A DNA stretch of 64,000 nucleotides from Pseudomonadales bacterium (GCA_028281605.1 JANQJO010000114.1:20711-84710), one strand, 5' to 3'; positions 40,357 through 48,182 are shown, counted from the first letter of the stretch. The notes: generated by a model not told the origin, from the letters alone. Made by a program: numbers and translations.

Positions 40357-40873
40357 TGTCATTACCGAAGGAAACTGTCGAACTAATTAAAAAGGAACTG
40401 TTAACATCAATGCTATCAACCATTAAAAATATTCTGGGTATGAAAAACATCATCTCTCACCCCTTATCAATTCGGAATTATTACAGCTACAGCGATTCAT
40501 ACTTCCATGGTACTGGGTTCAGGCCTTGTGGATTTACTTCGATTCGGAGACGGTGTATCCGAAGGAGGGCTTGCAGGCTGGGGAAAGGACGGATTAAGAT
40601 TACTTGGTATTGCTGGACCTGCAGGAAAAGGATTTCAAATATTGAAAAGCGCAAAACACACCAATATTGCAAAACTCATTGTTGATATCGGTGGCCCCCG
40701 GGTGTTCATGGGTTGCATCTACGAAGGCTGTTGTACAAGTAGGCCAAAAAGTAAATGGGTTTAATTCGTGCCTACCAAATTGCAAGCTACTCTCGATAGC
40801 AGGGTTGATTCCTATCTACCAGATTGCAAACCACACTCGATGGAGCATAACGTCCAACTCAGCGGGTAATTGA
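40356..40873 (+). pseudogene. multiply frameshifted toxin-like ORF (Gly-rich pre-toxin-like segment plus Cys/His-containing C-terminal fragment)
   Basis: Three overlapping partial ORFs in three frames (40356-40685, 40444-40764, 40667-40873) can be spliced conceptually. One junction lies at a GGCCCCCGGG run near 40690. Content includes LVDLLRFGDGVSEGGLAGWGKDGLRLLGIAGPAGKG, then PGCSWVASTKA...ANHTRW. Confidence 0.35.
40757..40798. repeat. 42-bp direct repeat, copy 1 (GGGTTTAATTCGTGCCTACCAAATTGCAAGCTACTCTCGATA); a degenerate third core copy lies at 40815-40843
   Basis: Read directly. 40/42 identical to 42158-42199. The core CTACCA[A/G]ATTGCAA occurs three times. The third copy is out of frame relative to the first, so the conservation is at the DNA level. 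Confidence 0.7.
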
Positions 40874-40920
40874 AACGCAGCGTACATTGATCCGCTGTAG
40901 TTTTTGTTAGACATTTTTCG

Positions 40921-41289
40921 TTAAATACTTTCACAAAGCTTTATATCTAACACTTCTTCCACAAAAAAGACAATTCCATCAGGATCAATTCCAAATAAGT
41001 TGATGTTGTATTTTTGTGCACGGCCCTTAAAACAAAAAAGCTTGTTATCTTTTTCTAGTGATGAATCTATTAATTGCTCAATATCTAGTTCAGTTGATCG
41101 AGGAATAATTGTGTTTTTTACCACCCTCTGAATTGAAGATTTTTCCACCTCCATGTGATAGCATTTTTCACAAGACAGCATTAAGTAACGCGCCTGTAAA
41201 GTTTGCTGCTCTCCCTTTAAATTTGATACGACAATTAAAACACCAACAATACAGCATAGAAATATTACTACAATTATTGACTTACTCAT
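40921..41289 (-). CDS. small membrane-anchored protein (candidate partner or immunity protein of the upstream gene)
   Basis: 122 aa. N-terminal TM helix IIVVIFLCCIVGVLIVV. Start overlaps the stop of the 240-aa gene by 4 nt. No motif recognised. Confidence 0.5.
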   Translation of the reverse strand: MSKSIIVVIFLCCIVGVLIVVSNLKGEQQTLQARYLMLSCEKCYHMEVEKSSIQRVVKNTIIPRSTELDIEQLIDSSLEKDNKLFCFKGRAQKYNINLFGIDPDGIVFFVEEVLDIKLCESI

Positions 41290-42008
41290 TTTGATACTTC
41301 CGGAAGAAGTTTTAATATATCCTGATGAGCTAGATATCCTTTCTGATTTGTTGTTTTAATAATATTGGCGTTGTGAATAATAACTCGTTTACCATGCCGA
41401 TAATCTTGTTGCGCTATAGTTGTTTTCTTCCCCTTTATGTTTGGGTTCGACTTATCAGTGTGTCCAATTACATACGCTCTAGTTTTTCCGGCTTCGTAAA
41501 GTTCTTTAGAAAATGTTTCTGCAAGAGTATCACCTGGTATATTACCTTTCGCGGTATTGCAGCCATGTATTTGTATTCTTGCATCTTCTGTAAAAACAGA
41601 AAAATTAATATTTGACACATATCTAGAGTCGCTGGAAAATTTATAAAACCCATCTTCCCAAGAAGAATAATATATAGATAGCATACCTTTTGCGACTAAC
41701 CCAGTCACTAGCCCACAATTTTCATTTTCTTTAACGGAAAAATTGAGTGAATAAGGTGTTCCATGGGACAATACATCAAATGATTTAACTGCGTTTGGTT
41801 TCACTGTGTTTATTTGTGCAACCATACTAGCAGAAGTTGATATCTTTATAAGTTTAATATCATCACTTAAGTTTAACAGCCTATAATCCTTCTCAACATT
41901 TCTTGCCGCCGCATAGAATGCACTATTGTGAGCTATACCGATTTGTCTTACAGAACCATTAGCTTTCGTCTCTCTTGTTCCTCCGTGAAATATAAATCTA
42001 ATTCCCAT
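41286..42008 (-). CDS. 240-aa protein with a His-Gly ... Gly-Cys dyad after hydrophobic strands (clan-CD/caspase-like or DUF4347-like arrangement)
   Basis: FDVL-SHG-TP and IQIH-GC-NTAKG each follow a hydrophobic beta-strand-like block. GGAGGAGAAA lies just upstream of the ATG. No signal peptide. Family assignment is tentative. Confidence 0.45.
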   Translation of the reverse strand: MGIRFIFHGGTRETKANGSVRQIGIAHNSAFYAAARNVEKDYRLLNLSDDIKLIKISTSASMVAQINTVKPNAVKSFDVLSHGTPYSLNFSVKENENCGLVTGLVAKGMLSIYYSSWEDGFYKFSSDSRYVSNINFSVFTEDARIQIHGCNTAKGNIPGDTLAETFSKELYEAGKTRAYVIGHTDKSNPNIKGKKTTIAQQDYRHGKRVIIHNANIIKTTNQKGYLAHQDILKLLPEVSK

Positions 42009-42157
42009 TTTCTCCTCCGTATGTTACTCATAGTAGTTGGTCAACGTACTTCCCATGACTTTTATGATTCCTCAAACATCGTCCCTTCAGGACTCTTTTC
42101 TGCGTCCTCACCACCGGCGGTTAAAAACCCGCCGGCTGTATGACACAACCCCTGTCG

Positions 42158-42199
42158 GGGTTTAATTCGTGCCTACCAAATTGCAAACTACTCTCAATA
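42158..42199. repeat. 42-bp direct repeat, copy 2
   Basis: GGGTTTAATTCGTGCCTACCAAATTGCAAACTACTCTCAATA, 1401 bp downstream of copy 1. The two copies bracket the two-gene cassette. Confidence 0.7.
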
Positions 42200-42385
42200 T
42201 CGTGACGCATATTTCTTCTAAGATTACTGACACAATCTACTGTTGCTCATTATGTTACAAAACTTTAAACTAGAAAAGCCATCTTTATTAACCCCAAATA
42301 GTCATTGACCTCAAATAGCCGCTAGCGCGAAACAGGCTAAATCCATTGAGAATAACAGTTTGTGTAAAATAGACTGGTTATCAAG

Positions 42386-44521
42386 CTATTGTGAAACAAT
42401 AGTCTGTTTTTGATTAACCACTGTTTGCAGATACTCTGTCAAAATTTTTCTTTCTGAATTATCTAAAGTTCTAAAGCGAGCTGGCGGCATAGCATGCAAA
42501 TGATCATAAGGTAAATTAATACGCTCCTGCGCAAGCATTAACGCTTCCACACTCATTTGATTGAGATTCACATTGAAATTAGCTCTAGAAATATCTTGAT
42601 CTAACACATCATTATGGCACTGCGTACAAGCTTGCGTCAAAATACCCAAACCATCTAGATTGGCTTTAACTTTAAATCCAATATCTCTAATTTCATCCTC
42701 TTTAAATATTTCTCGTATATCAGGTAGATCAACAATTTCACCGGCAATAAATGCTTTATAAGAAGCAGCCATTTGACCCAACTTCACCGGATCACTGACT
42801 TTAACATCGTGATAAGGCACCTGAATAATTTCTCCACGTACATTTCTGTCATAGAGTGCTAACCAATTTGCACTGACACCGGCTATCGTATTATCAGCAG
42901 GTTGGGCTGGATTACTTTCAGAAACTTCAGTCTCGATGGTCAATGAATCAAAACGGCCTTGTGTAGAATTACGATTAAATCCATTACCAAAACCCATTGC
43001 CAGTAAAAAACTTTCTAAACGTGCTGGATCCGATTGAGCGACCAATGAACCTGGAATTCCCCCATATTCTTCATTAGCATCATGAGCACTAAAATAGTCT
43101 TCAAGCAAGGCTTGACCACCGGCCCTATCATTTCTCATAAAACCTGTCCATGGATCGTTCAATTCCTGCATAAGCAACGTCTTTTGAGCATTAGGTCCAC
43201 CGGACTGATGGCACTGACGACAATCAACCAATGTATTTTTCAAATCTTCTTCATGATACAAAGTCCAAGAAACAAAGTTTTTCTCCACCGCTTCTGTAAG
43301 TAAATCTTTATTCGAGCACGTACCTGTTTCATTACAAGCTTGTTGAAAGTTTAATAAGTAAAACTGCAGGTCCTTATTATTTTTGGGATCATTGGGATTC
43401 TCTGAATCAAAGTGACCTGCAATGATTTCTACAAATTGCTCACCACGTACAAACCCCATTAATACAAACCCTTCCTCTTGTGCTCGATTACTAAATGAAT
43501 CAGAAATTTCCTCAACTGCACCAGAAACACTACACGAACTGGAAGCACTGCTAGACCCAGATGAGCTTGCAAAACTCGAAGAACTACAAGAGCCAGCAGG
43601 ACCAGAGACGCTACAAGAACTAGAAGCACTGGCAGATCCAGATGAGTTCGAAACACTGGCAGAGCTACTGCAAGAATTAGAAGATGCTACCGATTTTTTT
43701 TTAAATCTATTATTTGATGAAAATAAAATCACCCTGGGATTGATGGCATTAGTAGATCTCATAGCCAGAGAAGTTGAACGACCTGCCAAAACAAAATCGG
43801 GATTTCCCATCGTAGCATTAGCCTCATTAAAACTAAGACCCAATACATTCTGCAAATCTTTCAAACCGGTTATATTAGGTATATTTTGCCCACAAAAAGC
43901 TTGCGTTACTTTATTTTTAACACCCTGATTTACCATTCTATCACAAACAACTTTCAACTGTTGATCACCACTGAACAGCTGCTCCAGTGTAAACATATCA
44001 CGCTCTTTGGGAATATCGTCATTCAAAATAGTAACAGAGTGCTCAACAATCTCACCCACATCAACACCAGCAATTTTGTCTATCTTTATTGAAAAAGTTT
44101 CATCATTTTCATAAAAATCTTCTGCCATAAGAACAGCTGTAATAACAAACTCAGTACTACCCACCGGGATCGAAACCCTCTCTGAGGCCAATTCAAAATC
44201 TTTGCCTTGAACGGCTGTCTCAGCAAAAACAGAATAGCCCACAGCTACAACTTGATCCGTAGACCTTGAAAACTTGACAACAATCGGGTGCGACTGAGAA
44301 TCTTCTAAAACTTGTGAATTGTTCGCAGCAAAACTCACAGTCAGTGCTGGTAATTCCGGAACTGGGTCAGGCAGGTCATCAGGAGGTAAGCCGTTATCAA
44401 CATCTGGATCAGGTATAACATCTGTCGCTAAATCAGGGTTATAATAGCACCCAAAAACTCCGACCAAAAACAAATATACGTAAAATATCCTTTTTATTAT
44501 TTTATCAAACATACAAACCAT
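42386..44521 (-). CDS. lipoprotein with a Calx-beta domain, a Ser/Cys-rich linker and two CxxCH haem-c motifs
   Basis: Lipobox LVGVFG|C. Calx-beta-like block at aa 58-168 (VAVGYSV..ETAVQGKDFE...ETFSIKI...VTILNDD). CRQCH (aa 434-438, nt 43208-43222) and CTQCH (aa 632-636, nt 42614-42628). Confidence 0.6.
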   Translation of the reverse strand: MVCMFDKIIKRIFYVYLFLVGVFGCYYNPDLATDVIPDPDVDNGLPPDDLPDPVPELPALTVSFAANNSQVLEDSQSHPIVVKFSRSTDQVVAVGYSVFAETAVQGKDFELASERVSIPVGSTEFVITAVLMAEDFYENDETFSIKIDKIAGVDVGEIVEHSVTILNDDIPKERDMFTLEQLFSGDQQLKVVCDRMVNQGVKNKVTQAFCGQNIPNITGLKDLQNVLGLSFNEANATMGNPDFVLAGRSTSLAMRSTNAINPRVILFSSNNRFKKKSVASSNSCSSSASVSNSSGSASASSSCSVSGPAGSCSSSSFASSSGSSSASSSCSVSGAVEEISDSFSNRAQEEGFVLMGFVRGEQFVEIIAGHFDSENPNDPKNNKDLQFYLLNFQQACNETGTCSNKDLLTEAVEKNFVSWTLYHEEDLKNTLVDCRQCHQSGGPNAQKTLLMQELNDPWTGFMRNDRAGGQALLEDYFSAHDANEEYGGIPGSLVAQSDPARLESFLLAMGFGNGFNRNSTQGRFDSLTIETEVSESNPAQPADNTIAGVSANWLALYDRNVRGEIIQVPYHDVKVSDPVKLGQMAASYKAFIAGEIVDLPDIREIFKEDEIRDIGFKVKANLDGLGILTQACTQCHNDVLDQDISRANFNVNLNQMSVEALMLAQERINLPYDHLHAMPPARFRTLDNSERKILTEYLQTVVNQKQTIVSQ
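43520..43687 (-). repeat. in-frame imperfect tandem duplication encoding a Ser/Cys-rich low-complexity linker
   Basis: Two ~27-aa units, (N/G)SCSSS..SSSGS.SASSSCSVSG, at aa 279-334 of the 711-aa protein. Near-identical DNA strings gcactgc/gcagacccagatgag are visible. Confidence 0.6.
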
Positions 44522-44975
44522 AAAATAGTCAAAATATACAATCGTATCGCAGTGCTGTTGATAGTACTTACAATACTAATTGAATAACTGTGTTCATAAT
44601 AGAATGAATAAGTGAACATACAGAAAAATTCTGTATTCTAAAACTTAATGCCTTAATCAGCGGTTTGAAGATAAGCGGGTGGTGCTGCAACTGACTTTTA
44701 GAGGGGTAACGTTACAACGAAGTTCCAAATGTTCAAAACAATCCACCTCAGGATATGATACAAGATGCCACCGCCAAGTAAAGCGTATAGAAGTTCAAAT
44801 AGAATGATGGTTTGGAAAAATAATTCGAAAAAATTAAATAAATTTACTGAGAAATCATTGCTCTATGTTAATACAAAATAACTGATCGTTGCATTCCTGA
44901 GAAGGGACCAATTTGAAAAAACAAACCTAATAAACTGCCAGTTTCCAATCAAACCACGGCAAATACGAAAGAGCT

Positions 44976-45349
44976 CTATTTATTACACTTAAACGTAACT
45001 TCTACTTTGTGATTTTCTTTACTATAATACGAGGCCGTCAACTGCAAAGCTTTAGAAGCAGCACCAGCTATACCTTTCCCAGTATCACCCTTTTCCGGAC
45101 CTACATAGGTCGCTTTTTGATCTAATATTACATATTTTTTGGTCTTTTCTCGATCTTTACAAGTTCCTTCCGCATCCTTTTGTATTATTTTAATGCAGCC
45201 CCTTCTGTTCTAGCTGTAGCAATGGCCTTATATTGACCATCAGCCATCGGAAAGACTGAACCCAAAGGCTTGTATGATACGCACCCAACACCAACAAATA
45301 ACACACTCGATACCCACACCCATGAAGCCATTCTACTCTTATCTTTCAT
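44976..45349 (-). pseudogene. frameshifted small lipoprotein gene
   Basis: ATG 45347-45349 opens MKDKSRMASWVWVSSVLFVGVG|CVSYKPLG... (lipobox) and stops at 45185-45187 after 54 codons. An adjacent frame continues ...GCIKIIQKDAEGTCKDREKTKKYVILDQKATYVGPEKGDTGKG...VEVTFKCNK* to 44976. The two frames overlap over about 30 nt containing G4 and A4 runs. Total length 374 nt is not a multiple of 3. Confidence 0.55.
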
Positions 45350-45647
45350 ACCGCTATCACCCTAACCTGACCACTCTGTAAACCATAAACTGATAGACCT
45401 AAATCTCCTTAAAATTACTATAGACTCAATTATAGTGTCTTCAACAAAAGGCTTACTAATAAACAAAATAAAGTCAGCAAACCAATCTAAATCAAAAAAA
45501 TAAAAAAAACTTGAAAATTATACTTTTCTTGATTAAGCAAGATCAGTATTATGGAGTGCATTTAGTCGCAAGGCCCGATGCATGTTAATATCACTAACCA
45601 TCATCGTCTGTTTAATGTCGTTTTAAAATTGTAAGGACAAGCCCGTT

Positions 45648-46886
45648 ATGCACAATAGCAAAAAACACCTTCTATCACTTTCTTTTGCAGCAGGAGTTAC
45701 TTGCTTGAGTAGCGCTGCTATCGTCGCCCAAGCTGAGCAATCTATCTCGATTATTCCTGGGATTGGCTATTACAGCTTTGACAATGACCTAGAGTTCGAA
45801 GACGACAGCTTACCCTCTATCGGTATTCGCTACCAAATCGGCGATCACTGGGCTACCGAAATCAACTATGCAGAAACTGAAGTCGATGGTGAAAACAACA
45901 ACTCAGAGTATGACTGGAATTACACACGCCTTGATGGTTTTTACAATTTCGCCCCCATCCAAGATCGCATTGTCCCATTCCTAGTTGCAGGCATAGGTGA
46001 AAGCGAACGAGAAGACGTATCTGACAGCAACAACCAAAGAGACGAAACACTAATCAATGCGGGAGCAGGCGTTCGGTTTCTCCTGGACCAAGGCTTCTCT
46101 ATTATCGCTGATTTACGAGCTCTTAACAGCATCGATCATGAACAAACTTCAGGCCTTTTTAACCTAGCATTATCTTATGCCTTTAGCTTCGGTAACAACA
46201 ACAGCTCTGGTGATGACGATTTCGAAATCAGCCAGCAAGAGCAAGCAGCTGAACAAATCGCTGCAACACAGGACAATGACAATGACGGTATTCCTGACAG
46301 TCTTGATGAATGCGACAATACACCTGCAGGCATTGCAGTAGGTGCCAATGGCTGTGGCCTAGACGGTGACCTGGACGGCGTTGCTGACTACAAAGACGAG
46401 TGTGTTCAAACCCCAGCAGATGTTCAAGTTGACACACAAGGCTGCCCACTGGATCAAGATGCAGACAAAATAGCCGACTACAAAGATGAGTGTCCTAACT
46501 CAGACCCTAATAACTTGATCGATGAAAAAGGTTGTGCCATTCAAGTCTCACAAAACATTCAATTCAAACTGAATTCGGCAAAGGCGCCCCAAGAATCCTT
46601 AAGCCAAATTGAAGAACTGGCTACTTTCTTAAGCCGTTATAATGAAACCATTGCGGTAATAGAAGGCCACTCAGACAGCTCTGGTGATGCCGAATACAAT
46701 GCTGTACTGTCCCAGCAAAGAGCTGAAACTGTACGGCAAATTTTAGTCGAGCAATTTGGTATTGACCCCCGCCGTATCAAAGCCATCGGTTACGGTGAAG
46801 ACCAACCTATTGCATCTAATAGCACAGCCGAAGGGCGCTTTAAAAACAGACGCGTCACCGCAACGATTACTAAAGAGCAATTTTAA
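45648..46886 (+). CDS. OmpA-family outer-membrane protein with thrombospondin type-3 (Ca-binding) repeats
   Basis: Signal peptide and a beta-barrel-like N-terminal half. Three TSP3-like repeats (DNDNDGIPDSLDECDNTP, DGDLDGVADYKDECVQTP, DQDADKIADYKDECPNSD). C-terminal OmpA domain (IEGHSDSSGDAEYNAVLSQQRAETV...NRRV). Confidence 0.8.
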   Translation: MHNSKKHLLSLSFAAGVTCLSSAAIVAQAEQSISIIPGIGYYSFDNDLEFEDDSLPSIGIRYQIGDHWATEINYAETEVDGENNNSEYDWNYTRLDGFYNFAPIQDRIVPFLVAGIGESEREDVSDSNNQRDETLINAGAGVRFLLDQGFSIIADLRALNSIDHEQTSGLFNLALSYAFSFGNNNSSGDDDFEISQQEQAAEQIAATQDNDNDGIPDSLDECDNTPAGIAVGANGCGLDGDLDGVADYKDECVQTPADVQVDTQGCPLDQDADKIADYKDECPNSDPNNLIDEKGCAIQVSQNIQFKLNSAKAPQESLSQIEELATFLSRYNETIAVIEGHSDSSGDAEYNAVLSQQRAETVRQILVEQFGIDPRRIKAIGYGEDQPIASNSTAEGRFKNRRVTATITKEQF

Positions 46887-46920
46887 TCATTTAACGTTAA
46901 ATCGTTAAAAAAGTCTCGAA

Positions 46921-46948
46921 AAAAGGGGGAGCTTAGGCTCCCCCTTTT
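46921..46948. terminator. bidirectional hairpin terminator between convergent genes
   Basis: Perfect 12-bp stem AAAAGGGGGAGC-ttag-GCTCCCCCTTTT with A/T runs on both sides. Overlaps the stop codon of the minus-strand thioesterase gene. Confidence 0.8.
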
Positions 46949-47420
46949 AAATATCACAAGATAAACAAGCATAAACCCCCTCAAATTTAGCCAGCCGATC
47001 AGCAGACTCACCTTTTATCAGCTCAATACCTAAGGCGCACTTGGCTTTACCTTTCTTTTTAAATCGCTCCCAAAAAGTTATCAATGCAGCACAATCTGAT
47101 TGCACAATAGCCTTAACCGAACTTCTAGCAGGCTTTAAGTAAGTCATCTGAGCTTCCGCCAACCAAAGTTCTGGAATTTCTTGGGTAGAAGCAGTCAACT
47201 TTTTATCTACGAACAAGCGCAAAAAAGACCATCCAGTAACAGAAGCCAAGCTGTACAAGCTACCAGCAAAAACACTGCCGTGCACATTTCTATTCGGATC
47301 TAACGCAAAAGACAAAACAAATTTATCCAGACTAACACACTCAACTTGAATACCCATAGCGGCACAAATAGGAATTTCATGATGAATAAAATGCACTAAT
47401 TCTTCAGACGTCATTTGCAA
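46947..47420 (-). CDS. hotdog-fold thioesterase-like protein (YiiD C-terminal domain type)
   Basis: 157 aa. HHEIPICAAMGIQVE...NVHGSVFAGSLYSLASVTGW pattern recalled from YiiD_Cterm/putative thioesterase families. Confidence 0.5.
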   Translation of the reverse strand: MQMTSEELVHFIHHEIPICAAMGIQVECVSLDKFVLSFALDPNRNVHGSVFAGSLYSLASVTGWSFLRLFVDKKLTASTQEIPELWLAEAQMTYLKPARSSVKAIVQSDCAALITFWERFKKKGKAKCALGIELIKGESADRLAKFEGVYACLSCDI

Positions 47421-47438
47421 CTACATAACCAAACCAAA

Positions 47439-48182
47439 CTAAAAAGCTCTGTCAGGCGCCCAAAACACATGAACAGGTACACGTTTTTGCGCTAAAATAC
47501 CTTTGACAGGCAAAGCCAAAGGATCCCCTTCATACAAATTTTGCAGAATATCTTGGTAAAGCTGCCATTTCTTATCCCCTTGTATCAACAGTAAAATACG
47601 CTGCGTATTGAGCAACTCAGACAAAGTCAAAGATAAACGTGCATAAGGTGCAGCACTAGGATGGATAGCCAGACAACAATCTGAACTCACAAATGCGCTT
47701 TGAATCTGATCAGAGTCAGGGAACAAAGAGGCTACATGCCCATCCTCCCCCATACCAAGAATGACCAAGTTATAAGGCTTCGACAAAGACCGCAGGCGCT
47801 CTGAAACAACATCAACTGCGCTGTGTGGATTACAATGATTCGTCATCAACGGCAAAAAGTTAGCTCGACTGGCCAAGCCTTTGAGCAAATACTCTTGTAT
47901 CATATTTTGATTACTATCTACATGAGAAAGCGGCAGCCAACGCTCATCACTCAAAGTCAATGATACCTTAAACCAATCCAAGTCCACTCTCTGCAATCTT
48001 TCATACAAAGCACGAGGAGTCTGACCACCACTAACCACCATAGATGCATTCGATTGCCTAATGAGCGCATTATTAAGCTGTTTGACTACGAAATCACAAG
48101 CTTCGTCAAATAAAACACTTGCATCTGCAAATACATGCTCACTGATCCAGTCAAAACTATTAACAAGCGATTGTTCAATCAC
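47439..48182 (-). CDS. pgl: 6-phosphogluconolactonase
   Basis: SGGQTP, DERW, and the LGMGEDGHVASLFP signature. Confidence 0.85.
   Translation of the reverse strand: MIEQSLVNSFDWISEHVFADASVLFDEACDFVVKQLNNALIRQSNASMVVSGGQTPRALYERLQRVDLDWFKVSLTLSDERWLPLSHVDSNQNMIQEYLLKGLASRANFLPLMTNHCNPHSAVDVVSERLRSLSKPYNLVILGMGEDGHVASLFPDSDQIQSAFVSSDCCLAIHPSAAPYARLSLTLSELLNTQRILLLIQGDKKWQLYQDILQNLYEGDPLALPVKGILAQKRVPVHVFWAPDRAF

Larger units (their letters stand above)
40332..42395. mobile_element. ~2.04-kb islet at the purD 3' end bounded by 21-bp direct repeats; no recombinase inside (remnant, or mobilised in trans)
   Basis: TGGTTATAAAGCTATTGTGAA at 40332-40352 (last codons of purD) recurs as TGGTTATCAAGCTATTGTGAA at 42375-42395 (20/21 identical). 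The second copy would encode an alternative purD terminus GYQAIVKQ* and overlaps the 3' end of the convergent 711-aa gene. Confidence 0.5.

Noticed and set aside
40757-40900. Integron attC interpretation of the cassette repeats
   Set aside because: There is no intI gene. The repeats are direct 42-mers rather than imperfect palindromes with an R''/R' (RYYYAAC/GTTRRRY) core. The nearby ACGCAGCG...CGCTGTAGT dyad is short and imperfect.
43422-43928. 168-aa plus-strand ORF rich in ELEAL/DPDE repeats
   Set aside because: It is the reverse-complement reading of the Ser/Cys codon repeat inside the well-supported 711-aa minus-strand lipoprotein gene. Low-complexity mirror ORFs of this kind are artefacts.
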